Source of the DNA: an uncultured Thermoanaerobaculia bacterium
GTDB lineage: Bacteria > Acidobacteriota > UBA4820 > DSQY01
NCBI GenBank assembly: GCA_964507185.1
Contig: CAZDOY010000007.1
Location: forward strand, 39,260-103,259
Length of the DNA: 64,000 nt
Direction: 5' to 3'
Below are positions 1 to 9,953 of this stretch, in pieces. Below the pieces are notes generated by a model. It was not told where the DNA came from. It searched no databases and was given only the letters and a program-made list of their open reading frames with translations. Each line of letters starts with the position of its first letter. Position 1 is the stretch's first letter. Made by a program: the position numbers and the translations under genes.

Positions 1-1
1 C

Positions 2-223
2 GTGGCCGTGGCTCGCGCCCTCGTCGGCGAGCCCGCCATCCTCCTCGCCGACGAGCCAACGGGCAACCTGGATTCACAGAACGGCGAAAAGGCCATGGAA
101 CTCCTGCGGGACCTCCACCAGGGAGGCGCCACGCTGTGCCTGGTCACGCATGACCCACGCTACGCCCGGTACGCCGAACGGACAGTACACCTGTTCGACG
201 GGGTGATCGTCGATGAAACCTGA
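2..223 (+). CDS. ABC transporter ATP-binding protein, C-terminal fragment (gene starts upstream of window); MacB/LolD-like
   Basis: Translation ...[37 protein letters not shown]... is the Walker-B/D-loop/H-loop region of an ABC ATPase; tight coupling to the downstream FtsX permease. Confidence 0.8.
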   Translation: MAVARALVGEPAILLADEPTGNLDSQNGEKAMELLRDLHQGGATLCLVTHDPRYARYAERTVHLFDGVIVDET

Positions 224-2717
224 TGGAGGTACCGCGGGAAGCGGATGGGGGAATCTAATCCCTACTTTTGGGGCCGACGTACGGTTCGCGCTACGGACCT
301 TTCGGAAGCATCCGGGCTTCACGGCCACCGCCGTCCTCTGCCTGGCCCTGGGCATCGGCGCCAACACCGCCGTCTTCAGCGTCGTCAACGGTGTTCTGCT
401 CAAGCCGTTGCCCTACCATCAGCCCGGCCGGCTCGCCATGTGCTTCGTCCAAGACCCACAATATGGACGCCAGAATATCCCCCCGGCTTTTTATCTCGGG
501 TGGAAGGATCATTGCGCCTCTTTCGAAGCTCTTTCTGCTTATAGCTTTGCGAGGTTCACTCTCACGGGGAATAGGGGCCCCCAGCTGGTTGATGGACTCG
601 TGACGACACCGTCGCTCTTCTCGGTATTGGAGGTCCGGCCGGCACTCGGACGCCTCTTTCTTTCCGGCGAAGACAAGCCGGGGCACGCACCGGTGGCGCT
701 GATAAGCTGGGGCCTGTTCCAGCGCCGGTACGGGGGCGACCCCCGTATCATCGGAGAAACCTTACATGTGAACGGCATCGCCACGACGCTCGTGGGTGTC
801 ATGCCGCGCGGTTTTGACTTTCCACGCGGAGCACAAATGTGGATGCCTCCAGGCGATCTCGTGCCGACATGGGTCTTTGCGCCCAGAAGGGTGGACCCCC
901 GCACGAACTGGAATCCATACCTTTGGACCATCGGCCGCCTCAAGCCCGGCGTGTCCTTCCAGCACGCTCAGGCGGAGGCCGAAACCTTGGCCAAACACCT
1001 GGACTCCGACCCGTCGGATGCCGCCCAGCTCAGGATCTCCGTCGTACCAACGTCGGCAGTCATAGTCGAAAATGCGCGCACTACGCTCCTCGTCCTGTTC
1101 GCCGTGGCTTTCTTCGTGCTGATGATCGCGACCGTGAACGTCACCAACCTACTGCTGGCCTCGGCGGCTCGGCGGAGAGGTGAACTGGCCGTCCGTACCG
1201 CGCTGGGCGCCGGTCGCGGACGAATCGCGAGACAGGTTCTGACCGAGAGCGTGCTACTTGCAGTGCTCGGAGGCATTGCGGGGCTCGTCTTGGCAGCCTG
1301 GGGCGTCCGGTTATTGAAGGTCATCGGACCTGAGACCCTGCCCCGGCTCTCCGGCGTGAAGGTAGACTGGACAGTTATGGCTTACCTGACCGGACTCTCG
1401 CTCGTGGCCGGCGTCCTTTCAGGCCTTGTCCCGGCTTTTCAGGCCTCAAGAGCCGATGTGAACGAATTTCTCAAAGACGGTGCGCCGGCGTTGGGCAGAG
1501 CGAGCCACAGCCGGATTCGGGGCCTCCTCGTTGTCTTCGAAGTCGCCCTCGCCCTGATCGTAACCGTCGGGGCGGGACTCCTGGGCCGGAGCCTTGTCGG
1601 GCTCCAGACCGTCAAGCTGGGCTTCAATCCACGCCACGTGCTCATGGCACAGGCGGCGTTGTCCAAGCCGGAATACCCCACATCTCAACGGATAACGTCA
1701 TTCTGCGAAAGAACTCTACGCGTGCTGCAGACAAGGCCGGGCATCGAAAGCTCGTGCATGACGAGTACCCTGCCCTTGATCAGCGGTCTGGGTGTGTCTG
1801 CTTTTCCCAAAAAGGGCGAAACGCCCGTGTCCGTCGAATCGTTTCCCACTCCGAGTCTCCGCCTCATCAGTCCCGACTACTTCCGTACGATGGGAATCCC
1901 GTTGGTCAGGGGACGGATTTTTACGGAGGCGGACGGGCAGGGTTCGCCCCCCGTGGCGATAGTCAGCGAAACCATGGCCCGAAAGGGATGGCCCGGGCAG
2001 GACCCGATCGGCAAGCACGTGGCCCAGGTTCTAGACACCCAAAACGGCAAGAAGCTGTACCGGGAAGTCGTCGGAGTGGCCGGCGACGCGAAGAACGGAG
2101 GGATAGGCCGAACCACATTGCCCGAAATGTACGTTCCCTACCCGCAGTGCACGACCAGCAGGATGGAGAAGGCTCTACGGAATCCCGTGTTCCTGGTGCG
2201 GACCAAAGGCGACCCGATGGCGCTGGCGGGCGCCGTGAAATCGGCGATCTGGAGCACGGATGCGGACGTTCCCGTCGTAAAAATCGGGCCCCTCAAGCAA
2301 GCGGTTGCAGGCACGCTGGACAAACAGCGGTTCACGGCCCTGCTCGTGGGGATTTTCGCCCTTCTCGCCGTGGTCCTCGCCGCCATCGGCCTGTACGGCG
2401 TCTTGTCGTACCTGACGGCGCAGCGCGCACACGAATTCGGAATCAGGATTGCGGTGGGCGCCGAGCCACGGGACATAATCCGGCTGACCCTTCTGCAGGC
2501 GTTGAAACCGGTGTTGATCGGTATCCTTCTGGGGCTCGTGGGCGTTTTCGCGTTGACCCGGTTGATTGCCGGACTCCTCTACGGCATAAAGCCCCTCGAC
2601 CCCTTGACTCTCGCGGCCGCCAGCCTGTTCTTCCTGGGAGTTGCCCTGCTGGCCTGCCTCCTACCGGCCCTCCGGGCCGCTCGGGCGGACCCCATGGACG
2701 GCCTGAGGAGCTCGTGA
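213..2717 (+). CDS. ABC transporter permease, MacB-like periplasmic core plus two FtsX domains (ADOP-type duplicated orphan permease), about 834 aa
   Basis: N-terminus ...[46 protein letters not shown]... is the signature of the ADOP family; two FtsX-like 4-TM blocks; overlaps the ATPase gene end. Confidence 0.85.
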   Translation: MKPDGGTAGSGWGNLIPTFGADVRFALRTFRKHPGFTATAVLCLALGIGANTAVFSVVNGVLLKPLPYHQPGRLAMCFVQDPQYGRQNIPPAFYLGWKDHCASFEALSAYSFARFTLTGNRGPQLVDGLVTTPSLFSVLEVRPALGRLFLSGEDKPGHAPVALISWGLFQRRYGGDPRIIGETLHVNGIATTLVGVMPRGFDFPRGAQMWMPPGDLVPTWVFAPRRVDPRTNWNPYLWTIGRLKPGVSFQHAQAEAETLAKHLDSDPSDAAQLRISVVPTSAVIVENARTTLLVLFAVAFFVLMIATVNVTNLLLASAARRRGELAVRTALGAGRGRIARQVLTESVLLAVLGGIAGLVLAAWGVRLLKVIGPETLPRLSGVKVDWTVMAYLTGLSLVAGVLSGLVPAFQASRADVNEFLKDGAPALGRASHSRIRGLLVVFEVALALIVTVGAGLLGRSLVGLQTVKLGFNPRHVLMAQAALSKPEYPTSQRITSFCERTLRVLQTRPGIESSCMTSTLPLISGLGVSAFPKKGETPVSVESFPTPSLRLISPDYFRTMGIPLVRGRIFTEADGQGSPPVAIVSETMARKGWPGQDPIGKHVAQVLDTQNGKKLYREVVGVAGDAKNGGIGRTTLPEMYVPYPQCTTSRMEKALRNPVFLVRTKGDPMALAGAVKSAIWSTDADVPVVKIGPLKQAVAGTLDKQRFTALLVGIFALLAVVLAAIGLYGVLSYLTAQRAHEFGIRIAVGAEPRDIIRLTLLQALKPVLIGILLGLVGVFALTRLIAGLLYGIKPLDPLTLAAASLFFLGVALLACLLPALRAARADPMDGLRSS

Positions 2718-2802
2718 TGCAAATGCCTGCGCGGGCGCAGCCCTATTGCTCTCGCTAACTTCTCTCAAGGCGTGTCGGAAGCCGCCGCGTCGAAGCCACT
2801 TT

Positions 2803-3588
2803 CTAAGGGTTGGTTCCCTCTGGTATTGCAGTAGAGTTCGCTGACGAATCGACCGGGGCATACTGTTTCTCGGGCGGTGCCGGCTCGAGGTCGAGGACGG
2901 AGCCATGGGCGCGGGCAAGGTAACTACAATCGTTCAAAAGGAATCCGTCGAAAGGCGTGTCGAGGAGAGGCTTTACGCTGTAGGTGACTCGCCCTATGCG
3001 CAGTTGTCCGTCTCGCGTAAGTCCGCACTGTTCTCCCGAACCTGTTCGGCGAACGTCGTGCAACAGCCACCAGTCGATCCAGTCGTTGAGCGAGGATACG
3101 TACTGAAATTTAATGTCGGCGTACCCGTCAGCAGTCAGGACAAAGGCATTTTGTCCTAGAACCTTAAAGTGAAAAGGATATTTGGCAAGTTCACGAGTGT
3201 CGGTCTGGATGGCACCATCCGGCAGAACATAGAGCCACCCCAAAGAATAATCTGAATTCCCGATACTGAAGAAAACTTCGCAATCGGGACCCTTATGCAA
3301 CCACGTGAGCCAGGGTACGGACATGGAGGAAGCGTCTACAGGAGAATGCGTCTTCAAGAAACGGTTGATAAACGCGGTGGAGATGTACTGCCCCGACCAC
3401 AACTGTTGGACGGCCGCCGCGTCTACGTGTGCGTCCAAGGTCTGTCTTTCGGGAGCCGCTGAGGGCTGGACTCTTTGGACGGACCTAGCACAAGCGAAAA
3501 GGGACAATACAAGCACTAACGGAATGACGAACAATAAGCGCTGAGCATTTTGACCGTGCGTCGAAGAAGGGATGGGCGACAGAGACAT
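2803..3588 (-). CDS. hypothetical secreted/lipoprotein (261 aa), last gene of aroF-cysS operon
   Basis: Internal start MSLSPIPSSTHGQNAQRLLFVIPLVLVLSLFACARS (signal peptide, possible lipobox LFAC). The 446-aa ORF in the track is this gene fused in-frame to antisense/alt-frame cysS sequence. Confidence 0.5.
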   Translation of the reverse strand: MSLSPIPSSTHGQNAQRLLFVIPLVLVLSLFACARSVQRVQPSAAPERQTLDAHVDAAAVQQLWSGQYISTAFINRFLKTHSPVDASSMSVPWLTWLHKGPDCEVFFSIGNSDYSLGWLYVLPDGAIQTDTRELAKYPFHFKVLGQNAFVLTADGYADIKFQYVSSLNDWIDWWLLHDVRRTGSGEQCGLTRDGQLRIGRVTYSVKPLLDTPFDGFLLNDCSYLARAHGSVLDLEPAPPEKQYAPVDSSANSTAIPEGTNP

Positions 3589-3601
3589 CCTGGCTGAGCG
3601 C

Positions 3602-4990
3602 TCAGGCGCGTTTCCAGCGGACGCCCTGGGGGGTGTCTTCGAGGAGGATGCCGCGGGCCTTGAGTTCGTCCCGGATGCGGTCTGCCTCGGCGAAGTCGCG
3701 GGCCTTGCGGGCGTCCTTGCGCTTCTGGATGAGGGTCTCCACCTCGGCATCCAGCAAGACTTCGCTGGCGGTTGGAATGCCGAAGACGGCCTCAAAGTCT
3801 GCGAGAAATCCGGCCGTCTCGGCCCGGGCGTCTTCCGTCCACTCGCCCTTGTCCATAGACGTGTTGGCGGCGCGGATGGCGTCGAACAGCGCCGAGAGGG
3901 CCACGGACGAATTGAGGTCGTCCTCGAGGGCGGCCTTGAAGGCGACGCGGTGGGCGCGGATCTCTTCGGCCGTTCCGTCAGCGGCCTCGGAAGCAACCCT
4001 CTCTTCGTCCAGCCGGGTCCTGAAGTCGCGTATGCGGCCCAGTGCGGCCTTGGCGGCCTCCAGCCCGTCGAAGGTGAAATTGAGCTGCTTGCGGTAGGAC
4101 ACCGAGAGCAGCAGGTACCGGATGGCCATGGGGTCGACGCCACGGTCCAGAATGTCCCGGAGCGTGTAGAAGTTGCCCTTTGACTTGGACATCTTCTCCC
4201 CCTCCACCATGAGGTGTTCGGCGTGCAGCCAAAGGCGCACGGGCGCCTTGCCGGTTGCCCCGCGGCTCTGGGCGATCTCGTTTTCGTGGTGGGGGAAGAC
4301 CAGGTCGATCCCTCCCGAGTGGATGTCGAAGACGTCGCCCAGGTACTTGCGGCTCATGGCGGAGCACTCCAGGTGCCAGCCGGGGCGCCCGGGCCCCCAG
4401 GGGCTTTCCCAGGAGGGCTCGCCGGGCTTTGCGGCCTTCCAGAGGACGAAATCCCGCGCCGCCTCCTTCTCGTACAGGTCGCTGTCTACGCGCGCCCCGT
4501 CCAGATTGCCCGAGAGGTCCACGTGGCAGAGCGATCCGTATTCGGGCAGGCTCGCGACGCGGTAGTAGACCGACCCCTGGCTCACGTAGGTGTGCCCGTT
4601 CTTCTCGAGGGCCCGGATCATGCCGATCATGTCCTCGATGTGCTCTGTGGCTCGGGGATAGACGTCGGCGGGGAGGCAGTTCAGCGTCTCCATGTCCTCG
4701 AAGAAGAGGGCCGCGTAGCGGTCCGTGAGCTCGCGAAGACCGACACCCTCGTCGTTGGCCCGCTTGATGGTCTTGTCGTCGATGTCCGTGAGGTTCTTGA
4801 CGTGCAGGACCTCGTAGCCCTCCCACAGCAGGAAGCGCTTGAGGAGATCCTCGAAGAGGAAGGTCCGGAAGTTCCCGATGTGCGCCACGTCGTAGACCGT
4901 CGGGCCACACGTGTAGAGCCTCACTCGCCCCTGCTCCATGGGCTCGAACGGTTCCAAATCGTGTGTCAGTGAATTGGTGAAGCGGATCAT
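3602..4990 (-). CDS. cysS: cysteine--tRNA ligase (462 aa)
   Basis: MIRFTNSLTHDLEPFEPMEQGRVRLYTCGPTVYDVAHIGNFRTFLFEDLLKRF...HIGN and KMSKS (EKMSKSKGN) class-I motifs; the 691-aa ORF in the track carries a spurious Arg-rich N-terminal extension. Confidence 0.9.
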   Translation of the reverse strand: MIRFTNSLTHDLEPFEPMEQGRVRLYTCGPTVYDVAHIGNFRTFLFEDLLKRFLLWEGYEVLHVKNLTDIDDKTIKRANDEGVGLRELTDRYAALFFEDMETLNCLPADVYPRATEHIEDMIGMIRALEKNGHTYVSQGSVYYRVASLPEYGSLCHVDLSGNLDGARVDSDLYEKEAARDFVLWKAAKPGEPSWESPWGPGRPGWHLECSAMSRKYLGDVFDIHSGGIDLVFPHHENEIAQSRGATGKAPVRLWLHAEHLMVEGEKMSKSKGNFYTLRDILDRGVDPMAIRYLLLSVSYRKQLNFTFDGLEAAKAALGRIRDFRTRLDEERVASEAADGTAEEIRAHRVAFKAALEDDLNSSVALSALFDAIRAANTSMDKGEWTEDARAETAGFLADFEAVFGIPTASEVLLDAEVETLIQKRKDARKARDFAEADRIRDELKARGILLEDTPQGVRWKRA

Positions 4991-6012
4991 GGGGTCGTTC
5001 CGAAGGTGCGCCCGACAAGGGGGGCTATGGCGGCGAGGTCCCTGGCGAGGACGGGCAGGTCTTCGATGCGAAGGGCCTGCGGGCCGTCGGAGAGCGCGTT
5101 TTCGGGCGCGGGATGGACCTCCACCATGATGCCGTCGGCACCGACCGCGGCCGCCGCCCGCGCCATGGGCAGGACGAGCGATCGTGTTCCCGTGGCGTGC
5201 GAAGGATCCACGACCACGGGCAGGTGGGTCATTTCCTTGAGGAGGCAGACCGAGGCCAGATCGAGGTTGTTTCTGAGGGAAGGATCGAAGGAGCGGATAC
5301 CCCTCTCGCAGAGGATGACCCGGCCGTTGCCGCCCATGAGGATGTATTCGGCCGCCAGGAGAAACTCCTCCCGTGTGGAGGCGAGGCCGCGTTTGAGCAT
5401 GACGGGCTTGGCCTGCCTGCCTAGGGCCTTGAGCAGGGGGAAGTTCTGCATGTTGCGGCTGCCCACCTGCAGGATGTCGGCGTAGCCGGCGACCAGATCC
5501 AGGTCCTCGCGGTCGAGGACCTCGCTCATCATCATCAGCCCGTGCCGGTTCGCCGCCTCCCTGTGCAGGCGAAGCCCCTCTTCGCCGAGCCCCTGGAAGG
5601 CGTAGGGACTCGTCCTGGGTTTGAAGGAGCCGCCGCGCAGGACGGCGCCCCCGGCGGCCTTCACGGCGGCGGCGCACGTTTCCATCTGGTCGGCATCCTC
5701 GACGGCACAGGGTCCGGAGAAGAGCACGACCGGGGTGTCCCCGACGCGGAAGCCGTCCTGCTCGATCACGGTATTCGCCGACCTGAAATCTCTGGATGCC
5801 AGAAGAAAACTCTCGGTCATGGGCACGATGCGCCGGACGCCGGGCAGTCCGGCAATTTCACGAGGGACCTGTGCGTGCTCGCTGTCGGCGGTCACGAGGA
5901 CGTCGTAGTGTTCGCCCTTTTCCCTCCGGGCGCCTATGCGGCGCTCCAGCAGGTACTTTTTCAGGGTCTCTGCTTGATCCGGAGTGATGGACTGTTCCAG
6001 AACGATGACCAC
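4987..6012 (-). CDS. 3-deoxy-7-phosphoheptulonate (DAHP) synthase, class I-beta with N-terminal ferredoxin-like regulatory domain (341 aa)
   Basis: ...VVLFSGPCAVEDADQMETCAAAVKAAGGAVLRGGSFKPRTSPYAFQGLGEEGL... typical DAHPS/KDO8PS TIM-barrel; about 70-aa N-terminal extension as in Thermotoga-type DAHPS; 4-nt ATGA overlap with cysS. Confidence 0.75.
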   Translation of the reverse strand: MVIVLEQSITPDQAETLKKYLLERRIGARREKGEHYDVLVTADSEHAQVPREIAGLPGVRRIVPMTESFLLASRDFRSANTVIEQDGFRVGDTPVVLFSGPCAVEDADQMETCAAAVKAAGGAVLRGGSFKPRTSPYAFQGLGEEGLRLHREAANRHGLMMMSEVLDREDLDLVAGYADILQVGSRNMQNFPLLKALGRQAKPVMLKRGLASTREEFLLAAEYILMGGNGRVILCERGIRSFDPSLRNNLDLASVCLLKEMTHLPVVVDPSHATGTRSLVLPMARAAAAVGADGIMVEVHPAPENALSDGPQALRIEDLPVLARDLAAIAPLVGRTFGTTP

Positions 6013-6225
6013 GGTTCCTCCGTCAAATTTTTGATTCTAATGGTTTCGTCCTGCATTTGGCAACAGGACGGCGGGAAGGATATTTCGCCTGCGGCGTGCT
6101 GAAGAGAGGGGCGGGCGGGTGGGTCAACACGTGATCCAGTGGCCAGGTGATTCAGCGATCGAGTGATCGGGGCGCGGGGTCGCATCCAGTTCATGCGAAA
6201 GGCCTCGGACCCCACGGGCCGCCGG

Positions 6226-6254
6226 TTGACAACCCCCCGCGCCCTGATTAGACT
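6226..6254 (+). promoter_or_regulatory. candidate sigma-70 promoter (TTGACA-17-TAGACT) for the zinc-ribbon/FHA gene
   Basis: TTGACA at 6226-6231, 17-nt spacer, TAGACT at 6249-6254, followed by GGAGG SD and GTG 6275. Confidence 0.35.
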
Positions 6255-6274
6255 CCAAGTTGGAGGCCACCCGA

Positions 6275-6811
6275 GTGATAGTAAGTTGTCCATCGTGCCA
6301 GAAGAAATACAGGCTCGAAGCCAAACATTTTCAGGATTCGGACAGGTTCCGATTCGCCTGTTCCCAGTGCGGCACAAACATAGAGGCCATGAGGGACGGC
6401 ACCCAGTCGGGCGACCAGGGCGGGCCCTCCACGCAAAGCATCAAGCGTATGGAGGGAACGTGGACGGAGAGCCAGGTCCCGGAATCGGAGCGGCTGGCCA
6501 TGCCGCCGGACAAGCGGGTGTCCCTGGCCATCCTTCAGGGAAGCGACGCGGGGCGCATCTTCCCGATAGAGAAGCCCGTCTTCACCATCGGAAGGCTCGA
6601 GGCCGACGCCACCCTCAACGACAGCGAAGTATCGCGCCACCACGCCCAGGTCGAACTGAAAGGCGAAGTGATCTTATTGAGGGATCTTAAAAGCACCAAC
6701 GGAACTTACGTTAACGAGCAGCGCATCACCGCGGTCCCCATCGAGCACCAGAGCGAGTTCAGGGTCGGGTCGACCACGCTCATGCTCATCGTGACGGACG
6801 CGCACCAATAA
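6275..6811 (+). CDS. MJ0042-type zinc-ribbon protein fused to C-terminal FHA domain
   Basis: VIVSCPSCQKKYRL...FACSQCGTNI (double CxxC zinc ribbon) plus FHA block FTIGRLEADATLNDSEVSRHHAQVELKGEVILLRDLKSTNGTYVN; probable GTG start at 6275 (track uses TTG 6260). Confidence 0.7.
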   Translation: MIVSCPSCQKKYRLEAKHFQDSDRFRFACSQCGTNIEAMRDGTQSGDQGGPSTQSIKRMEGTWTESQVPESERLAMPPDKRVSLAILQGSDAGRIFPIEKPVFTIGRLEADATLNDSEVSRHHAQVELKGEVILLRDLKSTNGTYVNEQRITAVPIEHQSEFRVGSTTLMLIVTDAHQ

Positions 6812-6814
6812 CAA

Positions 6815-7879
6815 ATGCCTGAATCAGTCCTGATAGCCATGTCGGGAGGGGTCGACTCTTCCGTTGCGGCACTTCTTCTTGTTGAGCGGGGGTATCGCGT
6901 CGTCGGCGTGACGCTCCGCCTGTACGATTCCTGCGGAAACCCCGCGGCCAGGAGCTGCTGTGGTATCGAAGACACTTACGATGCCCGTTCCGTGGCCGGA
7001 AGGCTCGGCATAGAGCACCGCGTCCTCGAGCACCAGGCTGCCTTCGAGCGCCTCGTCATCCAGCCGTTCGTGACTGACTACGCGGAGGGCCGTACGCCCA
7101 ACCCCTGCATTCTCTGCAACGAGAAGGTCAAGTTCGGGACGCTCTGGGAATACGCGAGGGCTAACGGTTTCGACGCCATCGCCACGGGCCACCACGCCCG
7201 GCTGCTGCGGGATGGCGGAAGGGTCGACCTCGTTCGGGCCACGGATCGGGCCAAGGACCAGTCCTACGTCCTCTTTCCGCTGACGTTGGAGCAGCGCCGC
7301 ATGACCCTTCTGCCGGTTGGCGAATGGACGAAGGAGGCCGTGCGGGGGAAGGCCCGCGAAATCGGCCTGCCCACGGCGGACAAAAAGGAAAGCCAGGACA
7401 TATGCTTCGTCGCCGGCGGCGAGTACGCCGATTACGTGGATAGGCACCTGGAGGAGCGTAAGCCGGGATTTATCCGGGATCTCAAGGGGCGCGCGCTGGG
7501 GACCCACGACGGCATCCACCGCTACACCGTCGGCCAGCGTCACGGCCTGGGCGTCCCGGCGGCGCACCCGCTCTACGTACTTGCAATCGACGCAGAGTCG
7601 GGCGATATTACGGTCGGCCCGAAGGGCGCCCTCGGCGTCAGCCGTTTCCTGGTGAAGGACTGGCACTGGCACCTGGCCCCGGACGACGGGTCGATGGAGC
7701 TTTCCGTTCAGGTCCGCTACCACCAGTCCCCCCGACGCGCGCATCTGGAGCAACGGGACACCGGCGTAGTGGTAGAATGGTTGGACGGCCCGTCGGGGGT
7801 AACCCCCGGACAGGCCGCCGTCGCCTACCGGGGAGACACCGTCGTGGGCGGGGGCTGGATTGTCGGGAGAATGCCATGA
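6815..7879 (+). CDS. mnmA: tRNA-specific 2-thiouridylase MnmA
   Basis: MPESVLIAMSGGVDSSVAALLL...PCILCNEKVKF...; PP-loop SGGVDSS motif. Confidence 0.9.
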   Translation: MPESVLIAMSGGVDSSVAALLLVERGYRVVGVTLRLYDSCGNPAARSCCGIEDTYDARSVAGRLGIEHRVLEHQAAFERLVIQPFVTDYAEGRTPNPCILCNEKVKFGTLWEYARANGFDAIATGHHARLLRDGGRVDLVRATDRAKDQSYVLFPLTLEQRRMTLLPVGEWTKEAVRGKAREIGLPTADKKESQDICFVAGGEYADYVDRHLEERKPGFIRDLKGRALGTHDGIHRYTVGQRHGLGVPAAHPLYVLAIDAESGDITVGPKGALGVSRFLVKDWHWHLAPDDGSMELSVQVRYHQSPRRAHLEQRDTGVVVEWLDGPSGVTPGQAAVAYRGDTVVGGGWIVGRMP

Positions 7880-8664
7880 TATGGATGCACCTGAGTCTGC
7901 TGTTTTACGTCGCCGCCATGGCCTTCGCCCTCATGTACGGGGGCTTTCAGAAGAAGATACTCTTCAGCTGCACGCTGGCGTTCGCGTGGACCGGCTTTCT
8001 CGTGCAAACGGCGCAGGAGGCCTACGTCTGGGCCCATAGGGGCGTGCCTCCCGCCACCAACCTGCACGAACTCTTCCAGGTCACGGCCTGGGCCGTGCTC
8101 GCCATCTACCTCATCGGCCTCTACCCGATGACGCGCAGCAAAATTCTCACCTTCTTCCTCATGCCCCAGGTCACGCTGTGCTTCCTTCTCGGCTTCCTGG
8201 CCCCGGACAAGGCCGTGGAGGCCAAGGACTTCTTCTACACGGCCTGGTTCCCCGTGCACATTTTCCTCCTGGTGTTCGGGATCGCCTTCTTCTTCATATC
8301 TTTCCTGTACGCGTCCATCTTCATCATGCAGGACCACAGCCTGAGGCACCGGCACGCGCCGTCGTCCCTTCCGATCCCTTCTCTGGAAGAGGCCCAGCGC
8401 TGGTCCACGCGGCTCCTGCTGACGGGCTTTCCGCTGTTCACCCTGGGGATCCTGAGCTCCATCCTTTACGGCATTCTCTACGGCCACAAAACGGACTGGA
8501 AGCCGGGGCTCCTGGAGGCCGCAAGTCTCATTGCATGGCTTGTCCTAGGCCTGGCCATCTACGGATGGAAATCCGCTAAGGTGCATCCACGCAAGCGGTC
8601 GTGGCTGGTTGTGGCCGGAGCCGCCTTCTCGGCTCTGATATTATTGGGGATTATCTGGCATTGA
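7876..8664 (+). CDS. cytochrome c assembly (CcsA/ResC)-family integral membrane protein, HemX-like, preceding hemA
   Basis: MIWMHLSLLFYVAAMAFAL... about 8 TM segments, W-rich region; ATGA overlap with mnmA; position upstream of hemA-hemC-hemD as for HemX/CcsA-like heme-cluster proteins. Confidence 0.7.
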   Translation: MIWMHLSLLFYVAAMAFALMYGGFQKKILFSCTLAFAWTGFLVQTAQEAYVWAHRGVPPATNLHELFQVTAWAVLAIYLIGLYPMTRSKILTFFLMPQVTLCFLLGFLAPDKAVEAKDFFYTAWFPVHIFLLVFGIAFFFISFLYASIFIMQDHSLRHRHAPSSLPIPSLEEAQRWSTRLLLTGFPLFTLGILSSILYGILYGHKTDWKPGLLEAASLIAWLVLGLAIYGWKSAKVHPRKRSWLVVAGAAFSALILLGIIWH

Positions 8665-9953
8665 GCGAACTGGTACTCGTCGGACTCAACCACAAGCGGG
8701 CGCCCGTCGAGGTGCGAGAGTGCATCGCCTTCTCGGACGAGGAGAAAGTGCCTTTCCTGGAGGGCCTCAGGCAGGCCGGCCTGGTCAAGGGCGCCGTTCT
8801 TCTCTCGACGTGTAACCGGGTCGAACTCTATGCGGACCTCAACGAATCGAACGACCCCGGCGATCTCGTTCAGGCGATCAGGGCGTCGCGCAAGGCCCCG
8901 CCGGACGTTCAGGACGACGTCTTCTACGTGGAGACGAACAAGGAGGCCGTGGCCCACCTTTTCCGGGTAGCGTCGGGGCTCGACTCCATGATTCTCGGCG
9001 AGCCGCAGATCCTGGGCCAGGTCAAGGACGCCTACTTCCTCGCCCGGGACGGCGGAACCGTGACCACGCCCCTCAACCTCCTGTTTCAGAAGTCCTTTCA
9101 CGTGGCCAAGCAGGTGCGCACCCAGACGGGCATAGGCCAGCGTCCTGTGACCGTCTCGTACGCGGCCTTCAACCTGGCCAGGGGCATCTTCGCCGACCTG
9201 TCCACGAAGCGGATCCTCATCCTCGGCGCCGGCGAGATGAGCAGGATCCTGGCCACCCACTTCGTGGACCACGGCGTGAAGACCATCAAGGTGGCCAACC
9301 GCACCTACGAAAGGGGCGTCGAGTTCGCCCGCCAGTTCAATGCCGAGGTCGTGCCGTGGGAGGACTTCCCCAAGGTGCTCATCCAGAGCGACATCGTCAT
9401 TTCGTCGACCGGTGCGCCGCGCCCCGTCATTCTGCGCCCCATGATGGAAACGGTCATGAAGATCCGCCGCTGGTCGAGCATCTTCCTTATCGACATAGCG
9501 GTGCCTAGAGATGTGGAGCCCGCCGCGGGAAAGCTGGACAGCGTCTATCTCTACAACATCGACGACCTCCAGGAGGTGGCCGACGAGGGACTGTCCGAAC
9601 GGCAGACACGCGCCGCCGATGCCGAGAACATGATCACCTCCGAACTCGACCTCTATGCGCGCTTCCTGGAACACCAGCACCTGAGCGACGTCATCAGCGG
9701 CGTCATGGACTGGGTGGCCGAGATCCAGAAGGTGGAGGTCGAGGAAGCCCTGCGCAAGATGGGTGACCTCACGCCCAGACAGGAGGACATCCTGCGCAAC
9801 TCGGTCAGGCGTGTCGTCCACAAGGTTCTGCACGCGCCCATCACACAGGTGAAGAAGCTGGTGGTGGAGCAGGACGCGGCCATGGCCCTGCAGGTCTTCA
9901 GGGAGCTCTTTCCATTGAACCAGGACAAGAAGAAGGACCGGGAGGCCCAATGA
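8661..9953 (+). CDS. hemA: glutamyl-tRNA reductase
   Basis: ...LVLVGLNHKRAPVEVRECIAF...LLSTCNRVELYADL...; start ambiguous (TTG 8661 directly after upstream stop, or ATG 8601 overlapping upstream gene). Confidence 0.9.
   Translation: MSELVLVGLNHKRAPVEVRECIAFSDEEKVPFLEGLRQAGLVKGAVLLSTCNRVELYADLNESNDPGDLVQAIRASRKAPPDVQDDVFYVETNKEAVAHLFRVASGLDSMILGEPQILGQVKDAYFLARDGGTVTTPLNLLFQKSFHVAKQVRTQTGIGQRPVTVSYAAFNLARGIFADLSTKRILILGAGEMSRILATHFVDHGVKTIKVANRTYERGVEFARQFNAEVVPWEDFPKVLIQSDIVISSTGAPRPVILRPMMETVMKIRRWSSIFLIDIAVPRDVEPAAGKLDSVYLYNIDDLQEVADEGLSERQTRAADAENMITSELDLYARFLEHQHLSDVISGVMDWVAEIQKVEVEEALRKMGDLTPRQEDILRNSVRRVVHKVLHAPITQVKKLVVEQDAAMALQVFRELFPLNQDKKKDREAQ

Noticed and set aside
2717-2803. 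short hairpin ctgcg-cggg-cgcag after the FtsX permease gene
   Set aside because: 5-bp stem, no U-tract. Could be incidental in GC-rich sequence.
2803-4143. 446-aa minus-strand ORF
   Set aside because: Its upstream 185 codons overlap cysS in another frame and are Pro/Arg/Ser-rich, typical GC artefact translation. The real gene is the 261-aa signal-peptide protein starting at ATG 3588.
4990-5677. 229-codon in-frame N-terminal extension of cysS in the 691-aa ORF (MRRRREGRRGRR...)
   Set aside because: Arg/Gly/Pro-rich, no homology. The extension lies inside the aroF-like gene in another frame, and the conserved CysS N-terminus MIRFTNSL begins at 4990 with ATGA overlap to the upstream gene.
8559-9950. 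463-aa minus-strand ORF antisense to hemA
   Set aside because: The hemA reading on the plus strand is unambiguous (conserved GLNHKRAPVEVRE, TCNRVELY). The antisense frame is His/Asp/Leu-rich and motif-free.
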